From the NCBI RefSeq assembly GCF_004010195.1, contig NC_057719.1, positions 57,206,246-57,270,245 of the forward strand: a DNA stretch of 64,000 bases, written 5' to 3'. Shown here in pieces: positions 13,726 to 28,133 of this stretch (the stretch's first letter is position 1; every line of letters begins with the position of its first letter). The notes below the pieces were generated by a model, which worked only from the letters and a program-made list of their open reading frames with translations, ran no database searches and was not told the origin of the DNA. Position numbers and translations under genes: made by a program. Origin of the DNA: Chiloscyllium plagiosum (taxonomy: Eukaryota).

Positions 13726-14789
13726 TGGTCTGTTCTAGTTTGTGCTGAACTTATTCAGTTGTGTACAGTGACCTCCTTGAGAGGGACTATCTATGGAATA
13801 TTTATTCCACTGTAGACACAAATCAGTAAGCTACTTCCTTCATCACTGGGAAGGACTTCCATTTATTCAGTGTGAGAAGAGTATGTGATGCCCAAAACAA
13901 AAATCCTGAATGGATATGTAGACAATTAAAAAGTGTACATTGTGTATTGTTTTTGGAAAACTCACATTTGCACAGCACAGTAAATATCTCAATGGAAACT
14001 ACTGAGGCAGACAACTGTGAATGCTGGCAATGCTGGGGAAAAAAAAGTTTGAAAACCCAGAAAAGCACATGTTACAGGGAGGGACACGAACGTCTCAGAG
14101 GGTAGGATTGGAAAGGAAGGAATAAGGAAGGCAAGCTCCAACAGAGTTTGATAGACCTAGAGCATGACCTGATCATAATGGGCACCCTATGTGACCTCAT
14201 GGCAACAGTCTCACTCCAGACATTGGCACTTGTTTGAATAGGTCATTGCCTAAATAAGAAACCACAAGGAAAATCCTATCATTCACTCTATGGCTAGAGC
14301 TGATTACTGCTGGACTGAACATTGCCTCCTCTCATCTATTATCTCTAGGAGCCTTGCTAAAAACCACAGCGGCACCAAAACAAATTCAAACTCAAGGACT
14401 CCATAAAGAAAGACCTGACCAGTCAGTGCCTCACAGCTAATCTGCCAATGCTGAAGGAACAAGTATCATAGAATATCGACTGGATCTGGTCTGCCCTTAA
14501 ATCCATCACAAACAGCAACTGTGAGGTCAGTTCTGTAGATTTCTCTGTCAGGAAACTTCAAGATAGCTATAGGGCTAGAAGGGATATTGTTATTTCATGC
14601 TTAGTTCAGTCTAGTTATAATCACACAATCAAAGCATATTTATCGATTAACTTAGCTTCACATGAGAAAAAAAATGCACTATAGGATTTCATATTCACAT
14701 TGTGAAACATTTCAACCTTTCCAGCTGAGTCTGCTCATAACACCTGAACTTGTCAAATTCTTAGAAGAAAAAGCCGGGTGTTATCAATA

Positions 14790-15293
14790 AGAAGGATGTT
14801 GTGAAACTTGAAAAGGTTCAGAAAAGATTTACAAGGATGTCGCAAAGTTGGGAGGCTGAATAGGCTGGGGCTATTTTCCCTGGAGCGTCGGAGTCTGAGG
14901 AGTGATCGCATAGAGGTTTATAAAATCATGAGAGGCATGGATAGGGTAATTAGACGTCTTTTCTGGGGTGGGGGAGTCAAAAGCTAGAGGGCATAGGTTC
15001 AAAGTGAGAGGAAAAAGATCTAAAAAGGCCGTAAGGGGCATCGTTTCCACACAGAGGATGATGCGTTTATGGAATGAACTGCCACAGGAAGTGGTGGAGG
15101 CTGGACAATTACAACATTTAAAAGGCATCTGGATGGGTATACGAATAGGAAGAACAGGAATAGGAAGAGTATGGAGGGATATGGGGCGGGTACGGGCAGG
15201 TAGGACTATATTGGGTTGGGATATCTGGTCGACATGGACAAATTGGACCAAAGAGTTTGTTTCTGTGCTGTACATCTCTACGACTCTATGACT
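14790..15293 (+). mobile_element. CR1 LINE 3' fragment
   Basis: KDVVKLEKVQ and RGHRFKVRG motifs, GACTCTATGAC tail. Same family as 95-1846. Confidence 0.93.
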
Positions 15294-15719
15294 GAAATAA
15301 AGGAAGGTTACGAGAGATTTATTGTGTGGAAGTAAGAAGAAAAACAGAATTGTGCTCTAAATTAGCTTTGTTTTAATTTATTGTGCTTTAGAAGTGTAGT
15401 AATTATGTTTGTCTAAATGAAATCTTTGTAATTGAGCTAATTTTGTAATAATGCATGATTAAGCTTGAAACTTATAGTGCTTCAGACTATTACCATTCAA
15501 GGCTATATATTGTCTGAATGTATAAGGATATCTCGCTACCTCATCTTTTATATGTTATTTATTGTTAACTTATATTTTTATACACATTCTGTATAAATGC
15601 TACACATTTTTTTACATTAGTATGCTAGCACACTGTGATCTTCTGTATGAATTTCAAATAGTTTTAATGTTATAAATCGCTCTTCCACTCCATCCTTTTT
15701 AAAAGTGAAGAGACTTGTT

Positions 15720-16575
15720 CCAATCATTCAGATTGGAAGAAAAACATCACCTCAGAAATGGCCTCGAAGATTAAGCAGTCAATGTTATTTAATGATGGAC
15801 TTGCAAGAGACTTGAAACAAGCTTGAAACAACACCTAAATGTGAAGGAAAGAAAACAGGTCAAAAGACAATCTCTGGCAAAGACACCTGTGACCTAAAGA
15901 TCAGGTGGTGGGTGCAAAAAGTACAGGAATTCCTGCAACTCACTGATAGCTGTAATGTACATGCATTCTTCAGTATAGTCACAACCAAGCAGCTACATCA
16001 CTTTGTAGTTAGCACAATACATTTTATCTCCCTACTTGCAGTTGAGGGAGAAAAGGTTATGTATTCATGTGAAAGGTTCTTCTCCAACACATTTCAGTAT
16101 TTCTGAAATGCTTCCATTCATTGGAAGGAGTACTTCAAGGATCTCCTCAATCATGACTAGTTCTCAATGTGGTGCCCTTTACCATGTCCCCCAACATGTC
16201 AATCACCACCAGCATAGAAAAATCTCGGACCATCAGGAGGTTAAAAAGGTCATCCAACAGCTGATAACTAACAAGGCTGCTGGCACAGTTGGAAACCCTT
16301 TAGAAACCCTGAGATATGTTGGAGAAGAGCTTTTAACATGAATACATAACATAATCTCCCTCAACTGCCAGAAAGAAACAATACCAGGGCCTTAATTGTG
16401 ATTACCTTCAAGAAAAGAGATAAAATCCACTGTTGTAACTACAGAGTGGTAGCAAATCTGTTTACATGGAAGGTTATTACGAAGGTCTTCTTCAATTGCC
16501 TCCTTGTCGTGCTTGAAGAGGTCTTCCGAATCAGAACATGAATTCCCTCCACTAAGAAACTCAATAGATGTGATA
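15720..16575 (+). mobile_element. RTE LINE remnant, 5' part (split by a CR1 insertion)
   Basis: EVKKVIQQLITNKAAG..G.P.ETLRY and a decayed lpESQcGFRp region at ~16520-16555. Confidence 0.75.
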
Positions 16576-16579
16576 AGGC

Positions 16580-19310
16580 CATAGTACTATAAGAAATAGG
16601 AACAGGAATAGGCCATTCAGCCCCACAAGTCTGCTCTACCATTCAATAGGATTATGGCTGATCTGAAATTCCTCATGCCCTTTCCACATAACCCTTAATT
16701 CCCCAACTGATCAAGAATCTATCAATGTCAGTTTGAAATACCCGCAAGAACTCTGACCTCACAGTTCTCTGTGGCAAGGAGTTCTAAAGACTCTCAACCC
16801 TCTGAGAGAAGAAATTTCTCCTCATTTAAGTCTTAAATTGGTGCCTCTTTATTCTGAGACTATGCCCTCTGGTTTTAGATTCTCCCATGAGGGGAAATAT
16901 CCTCTCAGCATTTACCCTGTCAAGTCCCTTAAGAATCCGATAGGTTTCCATGAGATCACCTCTTTCTTTTAAACTCCAGTGAGTAAAGTCTCAAGCAGTC
17001 TAGCCTTTGCTTATAAGATAATCCCTTCATACCAAGAATTACCCTAATGAACCTTCTCCGACTGCCTCTACTGAAATGATATCTTTCCTTAAATAAGGGA
17101 ACCAAATTTGCTCACAGTCCAAATATGGTCTCATCAGCACCTTGTACATTTTCAATAAGACTTCCCTACTCTTGTACTTCAATCTCCTTGAAATAAGGGT
17201 CAACATTTCTTTAATCTTCCTGATTATCTGGTGCACCTGTGTGCTAACTTCCTATGTTTCATGCAAAAGTACCCCCAAGTTCCTTTGTGTTGCAGTTTTC
17301 TACAGTTTCTCTCCTTTTAAATAATACTGTTCTTTTGTTCTCCCTTCCAAAATAAACAACTTATATTCCATTTTCCAACTTTTTACCCACATACTTAATT
17401 TATCAATATCTCTCCGCAAACTGTTTGTATCCTTATCACAACCGGCCTTTCCACCCATTTTAGTGTTGTCTCAAATTTGACTAATGTACATTCACTTCCT
17501 TCTACCAAGTCAATAATGTATATTGTAAACAATTGCAGTCCCTGCACTGATCCCTGTGGAATCCCACTGGTTACAGGTCACCAACCCATAAAGGAATCCC
17601 ATATCCCTATTCACTATTTCCTGTCCACTAGTCAATTCTCTTCCAATGCCAAGATGCTACCTTCAACACTTGGGCTCTCATCTTATGACAACCTTTTGTG
17701 AGGTACCTTGTCAAATGCCTTCTGGAAGTTCAAACACAACACATTTGCTGGTTCGCCTCTATCTACTCTGGTTGAGACTTCCTCGAGAAACTTTAATAAA
17801 TTTGTCACATATGATTTCCCTTTCATGAAGACATGCTGATTCTACTTGATTAGATTACGATTCTTTAAATTCTCGGCTATTACTTCCTTAATAATTGATT
17901 CTAATACTTTTCCAATAATAGATATTAGACTAAATGGCCCATAGTTACCTGTGTTTTGCCTCCTTCACCTTTTGAATGGGGGTGTCACATTAGCAATTTT
18001 CCAATACTGTGGTACTTCTCCAGAATTCAATGATTTTTGGAAAATTACATTATTGCATTATCTCTGTAGCTACCTCTTTTAGGATCCTAGAATGCAAGCC
18101 ATCAGGACCAGGGAACTTAGCTGCCTTTAGCCCCAGTAGTTTTCTAATCCTACTTCTTTAGTGACAATGATCATATTTAAAATTGACACCACCCTCCCAT
18201 ATTCTTTAGTATTAATGGAATGTTCAAAGTACCTTCTACCATAAAGACTGATGCAAAATATCCATTTAACTCCTCTACCATTCCTTGGTATGAGAAAGTG
18301 AGGACTGCAGATGTTGGAGATCAGAGCTGAGAGTGTGTTGCTTGAAAAGCGCAGCAGGTCAGGTAGCATCCAAGGAGCAGGAGAATTGATGTTTCGGGCA
18401 TAAGCCCTTCATCAGGAAACAGAATTATATCATTCAGGAACAGAATCCTGATGAAGAGCTTATGCCCGAAATGTTGATTCTCCTGCTCCTCGGATGCTGC
18501 CTGACCTGCTGTGCTTTTCCAGTGACACATTATCGACTACCATTCCTTGCTGCCTGTCTCCACAAATGCATTTTTTAAGGAGCTTATGTCCACTTTGACC
18601 TCTTTCTTCCCTTTTATATATTTAAAGAATCTCCTTTTGTCAATTTTTATATTTCTCGCTGGTTTCCCCCCATAATTTATTTTCTCTGTCTTTATTATCT
18701 TTTTAGTCCTCCTTTGCTGCATTCTGAATTTATGCCAGTTTTTGGGGCTATCACTGACTTTGGCCTCCTTTTATGCTTTTTCTTTCAACTTAATACCCTC
18801 CTTAACTTCCTTGGTTAGCCATGATTGGTTTATCCCTCTCTTAGAATCCTTCCTCCTTACTAGGATGTATTTTTGCTGACAATCATCAATTACATCTTTA
18901 AATGCCTGCCAATGCTTGCTTTTAGCTAATCTATCCACTCAGCTCCCTTTAACTAACTTTATCCTCATTTCACTGTAAACCACTTTCATTAAGCTAATCA
19001 CAATTGTTTCTGGTCCAAGTTTCTCAATCTCGAACTGAATATTAAATTCTATCATGTAATTATCACTACTTCTGAGGGGATCTTTTATTCTGAGATCGTT
19101 TATTAAACTTGCCTCATTTCCCATTACCAGATCCAAGATAGCCAGCTCCCTGATTGGCTCCATGACATATTACTCTAGGAAACTATGCCTAATGCACTCT
19201 ATGAATTTGTTATCACAACCATGCTTTCCAATTTGATTAACTCAATTAACATGAAAATTAAAGTCATCGATAATTATTGATCTATTCTTCTTACATGCTC
19301 CTATTATTTG
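16580..19310 (-). mobile_element. Older CR1 LINE, ORF2 (endonuclease C-terminus to RT) and 3' UTR
   Basis: EPIRELAILDLVMGNE...SDNYMIEF (APE endonuclease), RRFFKYIKGK, GIPQGSVQG and VLMRPYLD on the minus strand. Confidence 0.9.
18288..18536. mobile_element. Palindromic Penelope-end mini-element with two inverted hammerhead cores
   Basis: Cores at ~18388-18415 (-) and 18448-18475 (+). Direct repeat CTACCATTCCTTG at 18275-18287 and 18537-18549. Confidence 0.88.
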
Positions 19311-19311
19311 T

Positions 19312-19960
19312 TGATATATGGCATTTTATAGCAAGGAAAATCAAGAAAAGTGCAAAGAGCAACATTGATCTTTATACACAGCCTTCTTTGACCTCACAAC
19401 GACCTTCAGCTCTGTCAACCAGGAGGGATAATGGAGCATCCTGCTCTGATTTTGCTGCCTGCAGAAAATTGTAATTACCCTCTGCCTACATCACAACAAC
19501 ATGTAAGCAGTGAACCTCACCATTGGATTCATGGCAGACACCAATTTATGCACAAACTAAGATCAAACAGGGCAATCTCCTTGTGCCAATACTCTTCTCC
19601 ATCTACTATTGCTCTGTACACCATAAGTCAATGGCTAAGGCTGCTCTGGCACACTAGATCTTCACCATTTTCCCCATTGCAACACTTCACCCTATATCCA
19701 TGAAGCTTTCTAATGAAGTGGCGCTTCACTACTGGAATGTTAGAAACTGTTAAACTCCATCACTTTCAGTTCAGCACCAAGACCATTCCAACCTCTGTCA
19801 TTAAGCTGCAATACACAGAAAAATCTTATGGATATGCATAGCCAGAGGTCAAGCACGAGGCAATCATTGACACATTCACAGAGGCTGTCAGAGAGAATGG
19901 GCCTTACATTAAGCTTCCACAGTACAAAGGTCATCCACCCTCCTGTTGCCACCATTCAAC
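19312..19960 (+). mobile_element. RTE LINE remnant, 3' part
   Basis: FIARKI/QEKCKEQ..LYTAFFDLT matches the RTE RT motif FxxRQxQEKCxEQxxxLYxAFxDLxKAFD. MGLTLSFHSTKV follows at ~19900. Confidence 0.75.
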
Positions 19961-19998
19961 ATTTCCCTGCAGCTAACAGGAACCAATCAGAGTCATCA

Positions 19999-20140
19999 GG
20001 TCAAGTGACCCTTCCTCAGGTCACTCAACCCAAAACGTTCACTTTGATTTCTCTCCACAGATGCTGCCAGACCTGCTGAGCTTTTCCAGCAATTTATATT
20101 TTTGTCTCTGATTTACAGCATCTGCATTTCTTTTGGTTTT
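19999..20140 (+). mobile_element. Penelope-end fragment (older subfamily) with partial inverted hammerhead
   Basis: GGTCAAGTGACCCTTCCTCAG is an inverted CTGAGGAAGGGTCA core. It is followed by ...CTCCACAGATGCTGCCAGACCTGCTGAG...CAGCATCTGCA. Confidence 0.7.
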
Positions 20141-20144
20141 AGTT

Positions 20145-22181
20145 TAGGACCATTTAGAACACTGGGATGAACTGTTTCAATGATTACAGAGACATTTTGA
20201 TCCTAAACTTGGCTAAGAGTGAATTTGCCAAAGCAGAAGTGACTTTCTTGGGTCGTAATTTGGGACAAGGCCAAGTGACAAGTAGAGAAGCAAAAATAAA
20301 GGTCTTTTTGGATTTTCTCATGCCTCAGAGAAAACACAACATTCTGTGACATATACTGGAATACATGGATTTTCAGCAGAAGTTTATTCTGAATTTCAAC
20401 ACCATAGGGGCTCTTTTGACATGGTTGTTAAAGAAAAGCAAAACATTTGAAAGGCCAAAATAATGTCAGAATGCCTTTGAAAATTTGAAAGTTGTGCTGA
20501 CAATTCCATCAGTTTTAAGAGCACAAAGTTACAAAAGCCATTTAAATGGACTGTTAATACCAGTGACATTGGTATTTGTACAATTTTGTTAAAGGAAAAT
20601 GAGTTAGGAATTGAACAACAAGACATCTATTTTTCCTGAAAATTGAATTCATGTCAATAGAAATACTAACAGTGGAGAAAAAGGGAACGATTGCGGAGTT
20701 GGTTGTTAAATGTTTAGCTGTCTGTTTATTCAACACTTCTTGCAGATACATGTTATTTATGTTGGCCATAAATTATATTAAGTAAGTTATATTAGCAAGA
20801 ATCCATGACAAAAATTTGAGACTGTTTAACCAAAGCAACTGAATGATTTGTCAAGACCAAATTCAGAAGAAAGCAAATGCTGTGAACAAAATGGAGTGGT
20901 GTAGAATGTGATCATAATGAAAATCCTTGTGTTTTTAATTTAAATGTATTATCATTGTCAAACTAAAATATAATTAGCAATAGGAGGAAGTTTTAATATG
21001 AAATAAAATGCCTCTAAAAAACACCTTGTCATTTCCTTTGGTGGGGGATGTGAGATGTGATGGTGATTGGTAATGTATTATTCTTATTTGGGAACTTGGA
21101 TTCAAAAGTATAATTAAAATAGATTTTTGGTTTTAATTCTGCGTGAAAGTAACTTCTTTATTATTCCTTTCTTAAAAAAAAACACAAAGTCAGGGATGGT
21201 ACATTTACACAGTGGTTAGCACTGCTGTTTCATAGCACTAGGGACTTGGGCTTGATTCCAGCTCTGGGTGACTGTCCATGTGGAACTTGCACATTTGTAT
21301 CTGTTACCTCTGGGTGCTCTGGTTTCCTCCCACAGTCCAAAGATGTGTACGTTCGGTGGATTAACCATGATAAATATTACCATAGTGTCCAAGGATATGT
21401 GGATTAGCCATGGTAAAAATGGGGTTATGGAGACTGGCTGGGTCTCAGTGAGATGCTCTTCAGAGGGTCTGTGCAGACTTGATGGGCTAAAGGGCCTCTA
21501 TCTGCACTGTAGGGATTTGATGATTCATGAACAAGAAGTTCAAATAGTCTTTCCAGGAATGCACGTGACTAAAGTTAAATGATTAGCAAGCTACTTAAGA
21601 CATTTACTGGAAATATGTAGAAGTTTCTGACTTTCTGAGATAGATGGTAATGGGACCAGAAGCAGGATGAGTCCAGAAGAAACAGAAGGGTAGTTTGCAG
21701 TTTGTGCAAATCTGTAGGCCCGACTTGGAAAGAAATCTCAACTCGCTTTCACTGCCTCAAAGTAATCAAAGTCAGAGAAAAGGCAGTGAATCAGTCTGTT
21801 TGTGTAACTTAGGGAGAGATAGAGAGAATCACATCTGGTGAATGTGCAGAAAGTTCCCAAAAGTAAATGCTGGCAACCTTGTCAGTTCAGTAAGAAACTA
21901 AAGAATGAAGATATGAATGATATTTACTGGAGTTGAGTGTGTATCAGTTATTGCTGTGGAAAAGGGTTGATTCTTACTTCTCTTCTGTTTATAACAAGAT
22001 TTTTCCAATATAGTTTGCTTGCAAAAATCATTTGTGGAATACACTTTTGTCCTTTGTTGAAAGTACTTTGGCAGACTGACCATCATGGTAATCAAATGGT
22101 AAAAAAATCTATGGTCAGTCAAACCAGGTTTCATTCTGGAATCTGACTTGTTCAGTACTGCTATCAACTAGAATCATAGCA
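20145..22181 (+). mobile_element. Decayed Gypsy-type LTR retrotransposon: RT/RNase H remnant, purine tract and probable 3' LTR
   Basis: NLAKSEFAKAEVTFLG (RT) and YFS.KLN...KY.TVEK (RNase H). GGTGGGGGA is followed by TGTGA at ~21049, and the putative LTR ends ...CATAGCA at 22181. Confidence 0.75.
21191..21530 (+). mobile_element. HE1-like SINE inserted in the putative LTR
   Basis: CAGTGGTTAGCACTGCTG head, CCCACAGTCCAAAGATGTG core and CACTGTAGGGATT tail. Confidence 0.85.
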
Positions 22182-22449
22182 ATATAAGGAGAATGAATTC
22201 TGACCTCCCTTTAAGAAAAACACATTTTTTCATTTGTTGGCAAGAATGTCAACCACGTGTCATGAAATCTGAGCAAAATACAATGGAAACCTGATATAAT
22301 ACAGACGAAGACACCTGAACTCACATGTTCCTCTGGGGGCTCACAGCTCGCAAATCAAGTAAGTTTCATCTTGGAGCTTCATTTGGTTTGAAAATCTTAT
22401 ATCCAAACTCTGGAGGGAATTCTATGCTCTTCCCCATGGCAATACCCCA

Positions 22450-22775
22450 TGGGAATGATATATCTTCTTGTGAGTGAGTCCAGAACTAGGGAGCACTGTT
22501 TTCACATAGAATGAGGACAGAGATGAGGAGATCTTTTTTTCTCTCTGAGGATTGTGAGACTTTGCAACTCTCCACCTTAGAAGACAGCGGAGGCAGGCTC
22601 ATTTAATATTTTACAGTGGAGGTAATAGATTTTGTTAAAACAGAAGAATTAAAGGTTATCAGAAGTATATGCAAATGTGAATTTCAAAACACAGATATAT
22701 CATGACCATTTTAAATTATGGAGCAGGTTTGAGGAACAGAATGGTCTATTTCTAATTAGAATGATCATATGTTAC
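22450..22775 (+). mobile_element. Old CR1 3' end fragment
   Basis: GAGTCCAGAACTAGGG...GACAGAGATGAGGAGA..TTTTTCTCTCTGAGG, typical of the CR1 ORF2 C-terminus. Confidence 0.75.
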
Positions 22776-22949
22776 TATACTTTTCATCTCATTACTTCTA
22801 CAAGGGAATTTGCACATTGGAATTTTCAACATCGTAGCCAGTCCCCTCATAATCAGTTGCATTGGAATTTCTATATAGTCCTGAGGCATAACTCCAGTCC
22901 AAGCTGGAGAAACAGCTACCTGGGCATCAAAATATTTGGGCCTATATAA

Positions 22950-23460
22950 TTCTTGTGCATCTTTGTATTTCTAAATTCTTCAATCTATCTCTATTAAATA
23001 ATGTGTTATTTTTCTGTTTTTCCACCAAAATAGTCGAAAACACATTATTTCACATGATATTCCATCTATGAAATGTTAAATATGATTTTACTTTCACGAA
23101 ACCATGTAGACTCTGCATGTTCACGCAATGGTTTTCTGCATATACTGGTATAACCCCCCTCTATAATGAATTCTAGCGATTTCCTTATGATGAAGGCCAG
23201 GGCAACCAGCCTACAGTTTCCTGCTTTCTGTCTCACTCCTTTCTTAAACTGTGATGTTACATTGCTTATTTTCCAACCTGCTGGGAGCCTTGCACAATCT
23301 AAAGAATTTTGCAAGATTAAAACAATGTCTCTATTATCTCTGCAGCCATTTGTTTTAAGATCCTGAGATGCATGTCATCTGGTCCTAGGGACTTGTCAGA
23401 CTTTAGGAATAATAATTTTCCTAGCACCTTTTGTCCTGGGCATGGTGATTATTTTAGATC
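22950..23460 (-). mobile_element. Old CR1 ORF2 fragment
   Basis: WKISNVTSQFKKGVRQKAGNCRLVAL resembles the CR1 motif WKxANVxPxFKKGxRxxxGNYRPVSL. Confidence 0.8.
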
Positions 23461-24823
23461 CCTCGATTGTGACCATGTTTTATGTCTCAAATCCAAGTTT
23501 GTAGTGTCAGAAATGAGCATCTATCATTAATCCACAGCTGCCTGCAATTCAACTTCATTGACAAGAAAAATTGGGTGTGAGAAGTAATAATGTCATATCT
23601 TTTGTTTCCAGACTATTGCCCAGATGGATTATTTCTCCCCTTTTGCCTGTCCTTTTTTAAAATCAGTCTCTGCTAAGACTTTTATTTTATGTTGTATTTG
23701 TCTGTGTGGAATTAAGGGGATAAATTTTTAAATTATAGCTTAGATGTTAACCAGAGTTTATCACTTGGTTTATGAACAAGTTTAGTTTATAACAAAAAAA
23801 TTACTTTGAATTCAATAAATAACCCTGGTGGATATTTCCCTTATTTTAGATGGAAAAATTAAAAATAAATAAGTGGCCACTTTGCTAATTGATTCAACAT
23901 ATTTTTTACAAATTGGAAAGGATGTTGGATCCAACTGAGAAAGGGTGGATCTGATGGGGAAGGCGTGAGATGGTATTGGGGGTTATAGGTTATAGTTGGG
24001 TTTAGTGGTGATTCTAGGGCTCCATTTCATTATTACCTGAGAGTTAAAGTAGGTTCTCAATCCTCTTCATTATTACTGGGTAATAATTAAGCTTAAGTGT
24101 GTCAGGACTCTTGGAATGCAACAATTTTAAAGGATTTTCTTTGGAGGGTACCAGCCTCAAAGGAATTGCTCATTGAAATTTTCAACATCCCAAGTTTCAT
24201 GGAGGGAAAAATGTACCTTGTTTGCATAGGCAAGGGAATATTTCCCAGGTTGGGAATCAAGCATATGGGAAATACCCAGAGCATAAGTACAACAGTTAAT
24301 GAAGGTCTTAAAAAGGGATGTTATTTAATTATCTCTCAAATTGCACTGAGTCTTTAACTCTGCACAAATCTAACAAGCCTCTCCTTTCTAACTAAATAAA
24401 GACTGCTGTAGGATGTAGCTTTAAAAGAAATGCTTTCACAGGCAGATACCTATACTTTTATCTAAAGTGCTAATTTTTTTAAATTATTATCTTCCTGCGA
24501 TAACTGGGGTAAGTTTAAAAATAGAGGAAATAGCGAAGTCAAAGTATATCCAATCATATTGGATTTTTCCACATGGTCACTAGACTCCTAAAGAGAAAAG
24601 ACTCTCTAGAAATTGTTATTCAACATCGTGGTAAGTCTAAAAGTGCACATTTTACAAGATAAGTTAATCATTGAGACAGAGTACAAGACAAGGTTCAACT
24701 TATTGTTCAGCAATTAGCTGAAAGCTTAAGCACTAAAACTTTCTATGTTTTTATATCTGTGTGCAAACAACTATTGATGCTATTTTGTTATCAGTAAACA
24801 ATGCTAGAGGCCTTAATCACTGC

Positions 24824-24837
24824 CCAGCAGATGGCAC
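24824..24837 (+). promoter_or_regulatory. Candidate CTCF binding motif
   Basis: CCAGCAGATGGCAC fits the CCASYAGRKGGCRS core and lies in non-repetitive AT-rich DNA. Confidence 0.4.
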
Positions 24838-27800
24838 ACTCACACAGTTGCAATGGCACTGGTTGGAATATGAAATAAAATGCCTGTACAAAATTAATTC
24901 AATTGTTAATAATTTTCTGATCACATTGATTTTAATTATCCTATTGAATTATAAACTGTTTGTACAGTTAAGTCATATATCTATATTCATTGTCTACAAA
25001 CAATTTAACAAACATTGAAAGCAAAATTATACTGCCATGCCAATATCAGTTTTCACAATGAGGCTGGTGGACAAATGGCCCCTCAGTGATTGAAATAAAT
25101 AATTGTACTGTGAATCGACTGCTGGTTCTTTTCATACTGTAACCTTCCATACAACTCTTGCAAAGTACTGAAATGAATAATTGGAAATGAAATAACTTGT
25201 CACTCTTGCTGTCAATTTATCTGGAGACCTTGAGCTTTCACCATCAGCCATTTTGTTTGAGTACATCTCTGTATGTCCAGATTACTTCCAACAATGGTGA
25301 TGTGTATGCGCAACAATAACTCTTGTGAGAAAATGAACGCAAGCTCAAGCATGGTTCTGCTGGATGGAAATTGCTCTTTTCTAGCAAAAGAGTTGGCAAT
25401 CAAGCTTTGAAACTATCCTCTAATAAATCTAGGTATTCATGACTTTTAACCTGTTGAATAATATGGAACTCTATTGATAGCACAGTGTTATTATTAAAAA
25501 CACTTTGGCAGTTAATCATTTTTATACTCACTTTTTAGGCAAATAAAGAAAGCAATTGTATTGGACTGATAATTCAAAGATCATATATAATGTCCCTATT
25601 GATTGTGGTGTATTCTACAGCAATAAGCAGGCAATATTTTAAGTTATTTAATGATAAAAGTTCAATTTCCATACAAATTAGACAGCTTTCTGAGCAAGTC
25701 TTTCAAATGAAATTGTTTAATATAGGGGCGTGTGCACATGTATGTGTGCATGTGTGCAGACTGAGGAGAAGAACATTAAAATCAGCAGGTACATCTACTG
25801 GGTTATTCTTCATTTTAAATATGAAGTAATTCCCTGAATGATGTGCTTTCATTCAATGTTAATTATCTACAATGCTGCTACTTTTGTACTTCAATTAAAT
25901 TATTATCTTTAATTATTACACTTTCTTCAGTTCTTAAAAGGCAATCTTCAACTGGGTTCAAATCATGTGGGTTGCAACTTACAGAATTAGAAAGTTACAA
26001 AGAACAAAATTTTTGTGAAACTATAATTTAGCAAGGAGCGTTGTTAGCAAATGCAATTAATGGGTTAAAAAAGTTGGTAGATATATTTATGTATTGAAAG
26101 GGGAATTGAAGGATATAATGACAGGAGGACCTGTTGGACATTGGCAATTTGTGGATGATGTTTACTCAGAGTTACACCATCCTGAGTAATTTTTGAATGA
26201 TTGAACAAGCTGTTTCTCAACCCTTTTGACATATAGATAAGGATGTCTCATAAGATAGTGGAATCAGGGGTGCAGGAATTGCTTCTGTCCCTTTCTTTAT
26301 CTGCCACCACTCTGCTTCATCATGAAGATGTTGGGATTCAAACTGTAATGCAGATTGACAGACAGGTTGTTATCATTTTGATAGCAAACTCTTCCCAGTC
26401 ATTAACTCCCAGCGAGTTTCTGTTTCTGAAATGTTTTCTTTATCCTCCACTAGAACATTGGTCACTAAATTGTGGAAGAAAGGGGGCTTAAGCAGGGGAT
26501 GCTTTGGATAAAATGCCTAACCCATTGAAGTTGATTTGCAGCAATTCTGTCTGAAATCTTGTGGAGCTGTCATCAAGAAGGATAATGGTGTTTATTTATC
26601 TCTGTGGATTGCAATCTGGACATGAAGAACAGGCTTGTGTGCTTTGGCAATTCCTTTACTTTGGGAGTACCTTGCTTCTGGATCAGGGGATGATGTTTTG
26701 GATAAGGTGCATTTCAAAAAGTCTTCAATGGCAGAACAGGCAAAGGAAGATTATACTTCTCACTAGCTGGAAAGGCAGAAGAAAGGTGGTCTTTGTCATC
26801 ATGGTTTAATACATCACTGAAATCTAACCAACACCTGATAAGATTGTGTGGATAATGATGATGTCTGAAATTTCCCATGTTAAACAATGTCGCAAACAAA
26901 CTTCTCCATAATAGATGAGAATGCTGTAGAAATTCATCGCAGTTCTACCACTGCATCTTCAGACCAGATGCGAGTGATCAACTTATTAGGGATGTGGCTT
27001 TCCCTGTTCTTAAAAGTATGTTTTTAAATCACTTTGAAATACTTTGCTCCACATAATACTTGTACCAAACAGTGAAAACATATTGTGTAGAAGATTCTTA
27101 ATCTGACAATATTGTCTTTTTTTAAGTTATTCAGCACTCAAAAGGTGGGAATTAAAATGTTGATGCCTACACCTCTATATAGGTGTCATCTGATGATTCA
27201 TGGTAAGTCAATTTTGAATAATCAATTATATGCTTAACTTCCATGGTAAGTCCCATTTTTTATTAATGGACGTAATAAATACTAAATAGTAGTTACCTAG
27301 ACTGATGTGCATATTTCAAATTTCCTTTAAGATCAATCTATAAATATTTCTAATTTTACCAGCATACAAAAATATGTTTGTGCATTGATTTGGTTTCTCT
27401 TCCAAAGGCATATTGTAAAAATGATGAAAACTATGTATACACAATGAATATTCTCATAAAATATTTTGATATAAATTGTTAGAAAATCAGTACTGTCATA
27501 ATACGTAAAGAATTGTAACGCAGTGTTGAACCACTTGGATTTAATTCCCTATTCTTTGCCGTTCTTTTGCTCTAGTACAAAATTATTTTCTGGTTTCATT
27601 TTGTGTTTAAAAAGTGGGCATTGTTACCTGACTGTGCGGAGTGGTGAAAGATTTCTCAGATTGCCTAAAATTGCCTGGCCTAGAATTGTTTGGCAGAGTA
27701 TCAATCACAGGCTGGAGATAATTTAGGGAGAATGTCAATATGCATCAAACCATTTTGTTCAAATTATTGATGTGAACATATGCAAAGAAATTCTTATTCC

Positions 27801-27889
27801 TTGTCAGTTTTCTCTCCATTTCCTATTAAAATACAAACCGTCTTTTGGATATGTTTCTTTTTGCATCAGCAACCCTTCAGTAGGCTTAT

Positions 27890-28133
27890 AAAATGTACTG
27901 CGGATGCTGGAGATCTAATATCAAGAAAGAAAGTGCTAGAAAGACTCAGCTGGTCTGGCAGCATCTGTGGAGAGAGAAAAACTGAGTTGACCTTTTATAT
28001 TGTGAAGAAAGATAGAAAAATAATGGATTTGCATTTACACATCTCTTCCGTTCCAAAGAAGAGTCATTGAACTCAAAATGTTAATTCTGTCTCTCCATAG
28101 ATGCTGCCAGACTAACTGAGTTACTCCAGCACC
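27890..28133. mobile_element. Old palindromic Penelope-end element
   Basis: Left arm CTCAGCTGGTCTGGCAGCATCTGTGGAGAG; right arm CTCTCCATAGATGCTGCCAGACTAACTGAG. A decayed core with GAGT/ACTC stem lies at ~28053-28083. Confidence 0.75.
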
